NCBI GenBank assembly: GCA_019828565.1
Contig: JAHDYR010000009.1
Span: 62,001 to 126,000, forward strand
Length of the DNA: 64,000 nt
Source: Carpediemonas membranifera BICM
Taxonomy: Eukaryota > Protista > Fornicata
Reading direction: 5' to 3'
How positions within the stretch are numbered: position 1 is the first letter of the stretch; each line of letters starts with the position of its first letter. Below the pieces are notes generated by a model. That model worked only from the letters and a program-made list of their open reading frames with translations. It had not been told where the DNA came from and ran no database searches. The position numbers were made by a program, and so were the translations under genes. Below, in pieces: positions 49,343 through 59,350 of this stretch.

Positions 49343-50533
49343 ATGAACAACTTCGCGGTTGCAGGAATTGACGGATATGGAGGCCTAGTATTGGACAAAA
49401 ACGACAATGAGACGATAATCCACAAGAGTTTTCACGTGAATCTCTACGACGGGGAAGACAACCGAACTGAGCACCGGAATCTTGCCGCGATTGCAACCAC
49501 ACACCGTCTAGTTATCGCTAACGAGGATCCAGGAAAGGTCGTTTACTACGAGGTTCCACTTTCGTTCGTCACAAGCGTCACCAGCAAGGGCCGCGCTCTC
49601 TTCAGGAAGCACGGCCGCGTCTATCTCACAATGACAACACGCACCGGCCACCAACCTGCATTTCCAGATACCCGCAAGGATCAGCTGATGATTACTCTCC
49701 ACGACCAGGATGAGGCCAAGCTCGCCGACAAGATCTCGAAGGCCCTTGAGGAAAAGGCATGGACGCTGGCCGAGAGGACCCGCAAGGAACAGCGGGCGGC
49801 ATATGACCGGGTGTATGGCATCGGAGGAATCAAGAACAGACAGCAGCAACAGGCCAAGAGCGGCGACGCCCTCCTGGGGGCCTTCGACGACCTGACTACG
49901 CTCATGAAAGAAGCCCAGAGATTGGCTGATATGGCCAAGACGCTTCAAACCCAGCAGGCTGCGGCCCAGCAGTCCGACGGCAATGACCGGGACAAGGAGG
50001 AGCTCGCCTCCATGTTGGCCACGGCCGGTCTGGTGTCGCCCGTCACCAAGGACGTCTCGCGGGACTCCTACTACACAGACCTTGCCCGACAGCTGGCAGG
50101 GTTCCTCGCCGGGCCGCTCAAGGAGGCGAAGGGCATGCTGCAGGTCGTGGACGCGTACGCCATGTACAACCGCGCCAGGGGCACCGCGTTGGTGACCTCG
50201 GACGACTTCATGGCCGTGCTGAGGCTGTTCCCCGAGCTGGGGATCCCCATTGAGACTGTCCGACTCAGCAGCGGGGTCAGCGTCGTTCAGGACAGTGCAG
50301 TCGGCACCACTGCGTTGTTGGAGGCGGTAGAAGGGTATCTCGCGAGATTCGCTGGCAGCATGGAAGACTTGTCGACGCTTACGCCCGTTACAGCTGCGGC
50401 GTTGGCCGAGGAGGCGGGTGTGACTCCCATCCTCGCCAAGGAGGCGCTGCTGCTGGCTGAGAAGAAGGGGCTAGTTTGTAGGGACGACCATGTGGGTGTG
50501 GCGTTCTACTCGAACTTCATGCGCGGCGGGTGA
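49343..50533 (+). CDS. VPS36: ESCRT-II subunit VPS36
   Basis: GLUE-like N-terminus (NLYDG, TTHRL), GIGGI, AFDDLTTLM, SPVTK, YNRARGTALV, GLVCRDD. Confidence 0.92.
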   Translation: MNNFAVAGIDGYGGLVLDKNDNETIIHKSFHVNLYDGEDNRTEHRNLAAIATTHRLVIANEDPGKVVYYEVPLSFVTSVTSKGRALFRKHGRVYLTMTTRTGHQPAFPDTRKDQLMITLHDQDEAKLADKISKALEEKAWTLAERTRKEQRAAYDRVYGIGGIKNRQQQQAKSGDALLGAFDDLTTLMKEAQRLADMAKTLQTQQAAAQQSDGNDRDKEELASMLATAGLVSPVTKDVSRDSYYTDLARQLAGFLAGPLKEAKGMLQVVDAYAMYNRARGTALVTSDDFMAVLRLFPELGIPIETVRLSSGVSVVQDSAVGTTALLEAVEGYLARFAGSMEDLSTLTPVTAAALAEEAGVTPILAKEALLLAEKKGLVCRDDHVGVAFYSNFMRGG

Positions 50534-50994
50534 GGTTGTTGTAGCATAAAGCGGGTCGCTCGAGCTGAACACCAGCGCCTCTGGTGTACTCTCACAGCAA
50601 CACTCCCGTTGACAGCAAACCCATTAATACATAAAGTGCTGACGCCGTCAGAAGCAGAGGAACTGTGGCCTTCGAACAGGTACTTGCCATACAGGGGCGA
50701 GCTTTTTCTTCTGGGCGAGCACTTTCTCTGGACTGCAGGCACAATACGAATAGTTCCTAGTGCTAGAAGATAAGGTTGAGGGACACGCCAGCGGGTCTGG
50801 CAGTCCCGGCATGATGGCCGTCAGGGTGACATCTGGACACATTGGATTAAGACCTTGATTCACGTCGAATATGAAGAGTCACTTGTAGCCAACGACTCTC
50901 ATACCATAGCAGCGGTGTGGCTGCCCGACCTGGGCTGTTAGACAAATCCGCAGTTTAATACCTACTGATTTGCCGACGACTATTCCAGCACCAA

Positions 50995-52798
50995 ATGAAG
51001 CCAGCCTTCCTTATTTGTGTGATCGCGGTCATCGGTGTTATCACTGCGAAGAGCTCTGTCGTTGTTGAACATCCCGTAGGAACCCCTGTTGTCCACGGCT
51101 ACCACTCGGACCAGCTCCTCGTCGGCTACGACAACGGGCTCGTCGCCTCATTCAATCCCCACGAAGGGAACCTTAGTTTGTCCGATACACATACTTCTTA
51201 CTGCAGAATGGCGCCTCCGCCTCTCCGAGAAATCAATCGACGCCCTCGACGCCATTATGCCTGATCGCAACTACCTAGCCACCGTAGGAGACCAGGAGTA
51301 CATCATTTCCCGCTTCGGCCACCTTTTGAACGTCTTCCCGGCTGGCACCACCGACCGTACCGGGCTGAAGCAGACTTACCGCCATCTCACGACGACGCCC
51401 TCCCACATCACTACCGTCGAGGGTGGCCTCGCCCTCCTGAGAGACAGCGATGACAGCAAGATCTTTGAGATCCCCACGATCGCCGTTTCTACCGATGCCC
51501 GCGTGCTCTCCCCCGACACCCACCACGCCATCCTCTGGGAGCCCGCCCAGCTCTGCACTATCACCCCTTCGGCCAGGTGTGTTGGCCTATCAGCTCCCGT
51601 CGATGACGTTAAGATCATGGGCAACTTTATCGTCACCGTGAGCTTCGGCACTCCCGCCACCGTCGTCGTCTACGACTTCGACCTGACCCAGCTCGACTCC
51701 AAGGACGTTCCCCACGCCCATGCGGTGTCCTTCGACGTGGCCCACCACACCCTCGCCCTCGTCTCAACCCAGGGCGGCTATGGATTCACCCTGACATCTG
51801 CCGGCACCCTCACCGCCTCTGCCCAGCATATGCCTGCCTTCGTGCTCTACGACACGGACGCCACGACCCTCACCGGCTACAGGTCCACCAACGGGTCACC
51901 CCGCGAGATATTCTCCCGTAATGTCACCGACCTCGCAGCCACTAAGGAGGCCTCGTCCTGCACGATCATTCCCACCAAGACACACGCTGCCACTGACCCC
52001 GTGTCGTTTGTGGCCGTATGCCACGACGACGCGGTCCAGGCCACCCTCCTCGTCTTCCGGGCAGATGTTCCCAAGGGAAGACTCGTCGCCAGAGTCGCCC
52101 TGCCCGGTCTGACTGATTCTGTGGAGTCGATCGCCCAACTCGTGATCTCAGACCCACTCGCAGTCAGTGCCACGCACTTTAAGGGCTTCTTTATGGCTGT
52201 GTCGTACATCGATACGTCTGCCCGCACCAGGGGCCGCCCCACCACCCTGGTCCTGGCCCTGCCCGCTAACGGCGACCCTGTACAAATCGGGGAACCTATG
52301 ACCAGGAAGTACGTGCTCCCTGGTCCTCTCACGGCGATTACCGCCGCGGACCACGGAGCCGCCAGTGCCATGGCCGGCCACCATGTCGGCAAGGTCGGGT
52401 TCATCGCCGGCGGGCAGACTGGCCACGTCTCCTTTGTATCGGAAGACGAGCTGCTGACTGACTTCGGATTCAACCCGCCCCGCGGTGCCAAGATCGGCAA
52501 GAACTATAAGCTCGGCGACAAGCCTCTCGAGGCCACAGCCTTCAAGTTCGACCCTGCAACCTTTATCACCGAGCACAAGGCGTACTCGCGTCCGCAAAGC
52601 CTCTCTATCGGCCGCTCCGACTCGATCGATCACTTTGTCGTGGGTGCCCTGGGCGAGGCCAGTGTGGCCCTGATTGATGTCGGGCCGACCCACCATGCGA
52701 TGGGTGTGGTGTCCAAGGAGGACTCCCTCGTACTGGGGACCGTGGCGATGGGGGCGGTACTCATGCTCGCTGGCGTGTTCGTATGGTCGCGGAGATAA
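50995..52798 (+). CDS. EMC1: EMC1-like type I membrane protein (590 aa); intron 51176-51206
   Basis: Signal peptide; VASFNPHEGNLKWR after removing the 31-nt intron GTTTGT..CTGCAG; EMC1-like pre-TM region and C-terminal TM. Confidence 0.6.
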
Positions 52799-52911
52799 AT
52801 ATTTTGTTTTCAACGGGGACATGCAGTTTGGTGGGCGTTATTGGTTCTCGGCGCGGTTTGGGGCAGGGCCCTGGGCCAGACGTGGGACAGTCGAATGGGT
52901 CGCAACACAAA

Positions 52912-53664
52912 ATGCACCTCACCGAACTCGTCCTGCCGATCCTGTGGGTTACATGCTTCATCACACCGCTTTACTTCACCCGAGTATCCAGAGTAGGCGA
53001 TCCGTACGTCCCAAAGGTCGCCAGACACCGCATCGTGCTCGCAGGCCTTGGTGTGGTGATAAGTCTCACTATACAAGCCATATTACAACATTACACCGGA
53101 GATAACATCGTTTATAGCCTCCATCTCGCCTTTAACCCCCGTGCGATCATCGTCACTGCCGCTGTGATCCTCATCGCTTACCTCCCTTCAATCATCACCA
53201 CCCTCACCGCCGGACAGCACTTCAGCCTCTCCATCAGCGCCATCCCCACTGCCCCGGGCCTCAGGGTCGTCCTATTCGCCCCCGTGTTCGAGGAGATCGT
53301 CTACCGAGCCCAGTGCATCGGGCCCTACATCATCGCCGGGGAGACACCGTGGGGAGCCATAGTGTATGCAAGCGCGGTGTTCGCAGTCTCACACGCCCAT
53401 CACGTGGTTAACCTCAGGCTCCGCGGCTTCCCGTGGTCGCACTGTGTCTCCGTCGCCGCGTTCACCGCAGCATACACCGGACTGTTTGGCCTGTTCACGA
53501 CAATGGTGCTGGTCAAGACACAGTCGACCCTGGCCTGTATCGTGGCCCACTCCCTCTGCAACTACCTCGGGCTGCCCGACCTGAGTGTGTTCAGAGGCTG
53601 GTGGGTGCTGGGGCAGCTGGTGGCGGTGGCGGTGAGCACCTATCTGTGTGTTCACGTCATGTAA
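52912..53664 (+). CDS. RCE1: CAAX prenyl protease 2
   Basis: APVFEEIVYR, FAVSHAHH, HSLCNYLGLP. Confidence 0.9.
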   Translation: MHLTELVLPILWVTCFITPLYFTRVSRVGDPYVPKVARHRIVLAGLGVVISLTIQAILQHYTGDNIVYSLHLAFNPRAIIVTAAVILIAYLPSIITTLTAGQHFSLSISAIPTAPGLRVVLFAPVFEEIVYRAQCIGPYIIAGETPWGAIVYASAVFAVSHAHHVVNLRLRGFPWSHCVSVAAFTAAYTGLFGLFTTMVLVKTQSTLACIVAHSLCNYLGLPDLSVFRGWWVLGQLVAVAVSTYLCVHVM

Positions 53665-53851
53665 CGAGAGGTGATGGAAGGGGGCACCGGTCTTTGACCA
53701 ACCACCCACAGCTGACAGACGCACCTGGATGGCCGTAGCCTTAACCTGCGTTCTTCGGATCATCTTGGCTGATGTCCGGTTCTGGTTCGACATTCTTCAG
53801 TAGTTCTGCTGCAGATGACTTTACATCGCCAGTTGTGCCCAAATGGGTTAG

Positions 53852-54211
53852 ATGGGTGATGCTGCCTTCGAGGAGGAGAAGCTGGAGGCATGCCGCATCA
53901 AGTCGCTTGATGGTGACAAGCTTGCAGTTTTCCGACACGATGGGGAGATTATCGACATCAAGCGTCCGAGGAAGTTCAGCAAGATCCACCCCTGTGTTGG
54001 CCACTTCATCCTCTTGGACGTATCAACGATGGAACTCGCACACATCCTGAACGATCGCCAGACCAAGCTCCTGATGAAGAGCGAGCACTGGCCGGCTGAG
54101 TTTGCTCCCGAAGCCTCTGAGGATGAAGAGGCAGACCCATTTGAGGCGGGGAACCCCAACCAGAGGAAGTACGCCGAGGCGCACTCCGACGACGATGACT
54201 CAGACTTCTGA
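53852..54211 (+). CDS. EIF1AD: EIF1AD-like S1/OB-fold protein
   Basis: PRKFSKI...GHFILLD...HWPAEF, acidic tail with NPN. Confidence 0.65.
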   Translation: MGDAAFEEEKLEACRIKSLDGDKLAVFRHDGEIIDIKRPRKFSKIHPCVGHFILLDVSTMELAHILNDRQTKLLMKSEHWPAEFAPEASEDEEADPFEAGNPNQRKYAEAHSDDDDSDF

Positions 54212-55357
54212 GGCCTGCCGCAGGCGATTTGTACACGGTGCTCCCCACCTTTCCTTAATTCATGCCTATTCTCACCGATTTAAAGATACGGCGTGATTAA
54301 ATCTGCAAGGGCAAAACCATGCTGAGGACGCATCAAAAACAAACCATCAACGTCGTATGCCGTGAATAACAACTAATCAACATCAAAACCAATGGAATCC
54401 AGCTTATTGTAGCTGAACACTGCTCCTTCCCCCATGGGTCCGAAGTTTCCAGCCTTTTCAGCGACTACCGCCTTAGTTCGCTTTGAACCGCAGCATCTTC
54501 CGCTGTGCAGGCAACTTCTTCGCCAAATGAGGTACTTTCTCCAAGTATCTGTCAAGTGCTTCGAGTTTGTCTAGCTCCAATGTGAATGGCTCCCACGTGG
54601 CTTCCTCAGGAAGGTACCCTTCCCAAATAACATGCAGTAGCAGCTTCCGTCCCTCGAACTTGTGCTCGTTGATCTCCTCCACCACGTATTCGTCGTCTCG
54701 CTCCGCAGCAACCTGCTTCAGCTGATCGAGCGTCAAGCTTGTCTCGAACACCCTGAGCCTGTCAGCGTGGATGCTGTGGGTCTTCCCGGACGTCAGGTTA
54801 CGGACACGATAAACGTTCGGGGACTTGTCTGGGCCTATGCACCACATCGGCCCGAGCAGAGTAGATCTCCTACCGGAGTTCGACGCCACCAGGACTGCGG
54901 TGTCTTGTAGCTCGATGTGATCGCGACTTGGCGACTCTCCATCACACAGTTGTTGCTGAACCACACGATTAACTTCAATCCTACGCCTAAAGAGCTCCAA
55001 CGAGACTGTATCGTCACTCAACTCGTCAAGCGTCGAGTCTTGCTCCTGGTCGTACAGTACCGTCCACGGGGACATGCCCGTGGTACTATTCTTCGTCGAG
55101 TTAAGGATGAACTGAGCGTGTGGAATCAGTTTCGTCCAGTCACGTGTCTTGCACTCCGTCATCAGGCACTTCAGATGCTTCTTCAGTTCCGCGTTCTGAC
55201 GTTCGACGACGCCTTGCGATGCCGGTCGGTGTCAGCCATTTATATATGAGATACGTATTTGATACGGTCTTGATCCGTCCAGCTCGACACCCTTGTGTCG
55301 AGCTCTCTTTGTAAAGTCTTTTTCCTTAGTGATCACAGTAAGCTTACTTCCAAACTA

Positions 55358-58300
55358 ATGGATAAGGGACCTTTATGTACACAGCCTGAGATTCACGCAG
55401 TCCTCTCATTTGCCGAGAAATTGGATAAGCATGTTCGCGCGGGCGGAAAGAGGCGCTTGCTTAAGCGACTCGGACCCGCGGTGACCTCATACTGCAAGGC
55501 GATGGGTACTGATATTACCAGAAAGTATCAGGCCGCAAAACATCACGATGATGGCTCCAAAAGAACGAAGCACGAACGCGAGGACATCGTATTCCAGGCG
55601 ATTGTGGACATTGTTAAGCCCTCCGATGCGATCCTTGAGCGCCGCCTTTTCGACCTATCGACCACTGGTATCGATATTGGCCGCCTATCTCTCTATATCG
55701 ACCGCTTCGCTTCCCGCCGCCGTCTCATTGCACCCACGGGCAAGGATTCAGTCCTTCGCGGCCAGTTTTTGCGCGGAATCCAAGACGAAACGCTCAGAGA
55801 GGAGGTTTCTCACGCCTCCAAGGGTCTGTCACTTGACGCGACCTTTTCGACCGCCCTCCTGACATGTAAGCGTCTGGAGGAAGCAATCAAGCTCACTTCA
55901 ACGTCCAAGCCTGCCCCTGCTCAAGAGCGCGAACGCTCTAAGCAGTCCGCTGTCCGCAAACGCCCCCCGCGTGAGCAGCGCGAGCCTCAGGATCAGCCGC
56001 GCCAAGACAAGCGGCAGCAACACCAGCCCCGCCAGTATCAGACGCACTTCCACCAGCAAGGCCAACGTCACGGTCAGCGTCAGCAGCAGACGCAACACCA
56101 CGGTCACCAGCGAGACATCGTATGCTTTAACTGCGGCAGGCCGAACCACCGCGCTTTCGAATGCACCAGAGAGAAGGCCGTGTGCGCGAAGTGCGGCAAG
56201 TCGGGGCACCTAGACAAGTTCTGTCAGGTAAACCCCAGATCATGCTTCTCTGTCTCTGTTTCTACGTCGGCGGCTGAAGGCCAGCGCTCCCCTACCCGTC
56301 GTGAGTGCCGTCGTCCCTATGGGTAGCGACGAATCTACCACATGGCACCGTGTCTTATTCGACTGTGGTGCTGACATTTCTCTTGTCAACCCGGCTTCCG
56401 CCAGAGCGGCCGAGCTCATTCCGACGAAGCTCGCTGCACCCATTAAGATCAAGACTCCGGGTGGAACGATCGAGACTGATACGTGTTATGAGGTGCCGTT
56501 GAAGATGTGTAAGTCACCTTTCACCCCGAAAGGTCTATCCACCACAGTCTCCGCGTATGGGGTTGACTGTGCTTATGATCTCCTCTTGTCATATCAGACC
56601 ATGGTCGAGTGGGGTATTCTCCCCAGCTTGTGTGAACCGTCTCAGTCTGACAATGAAGACGCCTTGGAGCCTTTCGTGCCAGAGCCTGAGCCGCTCCAGG
56701 CGTATACTCTGTCTTCGGACTACACTCTCACTCATGACCGCATCCTCGCAGCTTATGCTCATTGCTTTGATGCTCGAGAAGGGTTCTCAGCATTAGAGCC
56801 ATACGACCTCGTACTCAAGGAGGACCGCGTCGTCGCCACGAGATCCAATTACATACCGTACCAGAAGCAGGGCCTGTTCGACGAGCACGTCAACGAACTA
56901 CTGTCGAAGAAATACATCGAGGCCAGCTTCTCGCCATACTCTTCTCCAGCATTGCTCGTCCCCAAGGGCAAGGACAAGACCAGGATGGTCGTAGACTTCC
57001 GCAGAATCAATGATTTGACCACGCCATTCGACTATCCGATCCCCGAGGTTAACACGTGCTTGACCAGGCTTGCTGGTGCCAAGGTCTTCGCCACTCTCGA
57101 CCTCTCGAAAGGGTATCACCAGGTCGAGCTGACCGAGCGTTCTAGGCAATACACGGCGTTTATGACCCCCCGTGGGAAGTTCCAATACACCGGAATGCCG
57201 TTCGGCCTGAAGAACGCTGGCGCGCACTTTCAGTACACGATTGAGCGCGGGTTCCAGGACCTCTTAGGCGACGCCTGCATTATATATATAGATGACATTA
57301 TCATCTTTGGACGCTCGGAGCAGGAATATCTGGCCAACCTCGCTAAGGTGCTCCGCCGATGTGACGAGCTCAAGCTATCGTTGAACAAGGAGAAGTCGCA
57401 TTTCGGCCTAGCCGAAGTGGAGTTCCTAGGATGGGTTGTGTCCGGCTCGGGTTTCCGGATTGCTCCAGACAGGATCCGCGATGTAGAAGGCCTGCGGCTA
57501 CCGAAGACGAAGAAGGCCACGCAGGCCCTTATGGGATTCCTCAACTTTATGAGAGACTTTGTTCCTAACTTCTCCGAGCTTATCCGACCGTTAGCCCGGG
57601 CGGCAAGCGGCAAGGAGGCTCCGGACGGATTACCTCAGGCAGAGGCGCTGGCCAAGGTTAAGGACCGCCTCTGCCACGCACCGGCACTCGAGCACTTTGA
57701 CGTTTCGAAGGATCATGTGGTCATGACAGACGCGTCTGATCTCGGGATCGGGGGTGTTCTCCTCCAGGACGGCAAGCCGGTGTGTTATATGTCCCACGCG
57801 TTCTCAGATGTGCAGACGCGTTGGAGCACGATCGAACAGGAAGCGTATGCGATTGTCACCGCCCTCCAGAGGTGGCGCCGTTTCCTGTGCTGGACGTCGT
57901 TTACTCTCCTCACTGACCACCGGAACCTGGTCTACATGTCACGATCGTCTAACGCAAAAGTCCAGCGTTGGTACGAGTCAATCGCAGACCTAGACTTCAC
58001 AGTGAAGCATGTGGCCGGGGTTGACAACGGAGCGGCGGACGGGCTGAGTCGAGTCTTCTCCGCAACTGCCAGACAGGCAACAGCTACCGATGACGAGATC
58101 CAGGCAGCTCATATGCACGGCCAGGCCCACCTCCCGGTTTATACGACGGTAGAGTGGCTGAGATCTAACGGGCTCCGGGCTCCAGTGGATAGGGTAGCGC
58201 GGGTCATGGATCGTTGCCCCGTGTGCCAACTTACCGCCAAGCCGGCCGAGGCGTCCAGACCGTACCTCCACACGGCGAGCCTGCGACCGTTCCAGCGGGT

Positions 58301-59321
58301 AGCCATGGATACTATTGGCCCCCTACCAGAGTCTCGCGGGTACAAGTTCATCTTAGTTATTATTGATATGGCCTCGCGGTGGACCGAGCTCGTCCCACTC
58401 AAGTCCACAAGGGCGGACGAAGCTGTGACTGCCTTCGTCAACGGATGGATTCTCCGGTACGGCGTGCCCAGAGTTCTACAGACAGACGGTGGCAAGCAGT
58501 TCGTCAACAAGCTATTCACAGATCTATCGGTGCGCGTAGGGTTTGCTACTCACGTCACCACCCCGTACCATCCACAGTCAAACGGCATTGTGGAACGGGC
58601 GAACAGCCGCATTGAGCGCATTTTACGCAACAGGCAATACCAGCTTCGGAGCGAGTTGTGGTCAGACTCCCTCCCTGTCGCGCAGTATATCGTCAACGCG
58701 TCTCCCCACACCGCGACACGCTTAACACCGGCCGAGGTCATCTTCGGTAGCGATTTCCGTGTCCCGGCAGACGTGATGATGGCAGACGTCCAGAGTATGG
58801 CTGGACAGCCCAGCAGTAATGTTCAAGCAGCTCAGTTAGCCCGAGACTTGGCAGAGGCGAGAATCAAGGTCATGCACCAAGATGCGCTAGACAAAGTGTC
58901 AGCAACGACACCTATCTCGTCCGACTATGTGTTGGTCAAGTACCCGAATGGACCGCCGTCCAAGTTGGCGTCAGGATGGCGAGGGCCTATGAAGCTAGTG
59001 CGTCCTATCGTGAGGCAGAACCTCACGGTGGGCTATGTCGTCAAGGATGTCAACACAAAGAAGGAGTTCCAAGTCGCCTCGGAGAGAGTTCGCGCCTTTA
59101 TGGGTGAGTTGTCCGAGCAACGGGCTCAGGAACTCGCGGCAGTCACGCTCGGTGAATATCTGGTCGAGTCCATACTAGAGTCGACGAGTGAGGCCAGGAT
59201 GAGAGACAGGAAGTTCCGGGTTAGATGGCTGGGATATGAGCCGTCAGAGGACACATGGGAACCATATGGGAATGTCAAGGGTTGTGAAGCACTGGATGTA
59301 TTCCTGGGAAGGGCCAAGTAA
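55358..59321 (+). CDS. F gag-pol; pol is in the +1 frame from about 56290
   Basis: Two CCHC knuckles, FDCG protease, YIDD, TDAS, DDE, RVRWLGYEPSEDTWEP chromodomain. Confidence 0.9.
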
Positions 59322-59350
59322 ATGGCGCCCAGAGAGAGTCACAATCTGAT

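Larger units (their letters stand above)
26435..49343 (-). mobile_element. Gypsy LTR retrotransposon A (4681 bp after removing nested B and C)
   Basis: Identical 51-bp LTRs 26435-26485 and 49293-49343 (TG..CA); TSD TGAA; PPT GGAGGAGAA; palindrome AGAAGCTTCT 49284-49293. Confidence 0.93.

Noticed and set aside
56285-56300. Programmed +1 gag-pol frameshift in F
   Set aside because: Unresolved: the related D has in-frame gag-pol, and one extra C in a C4 run explains the shift; other copies or reads are needed.
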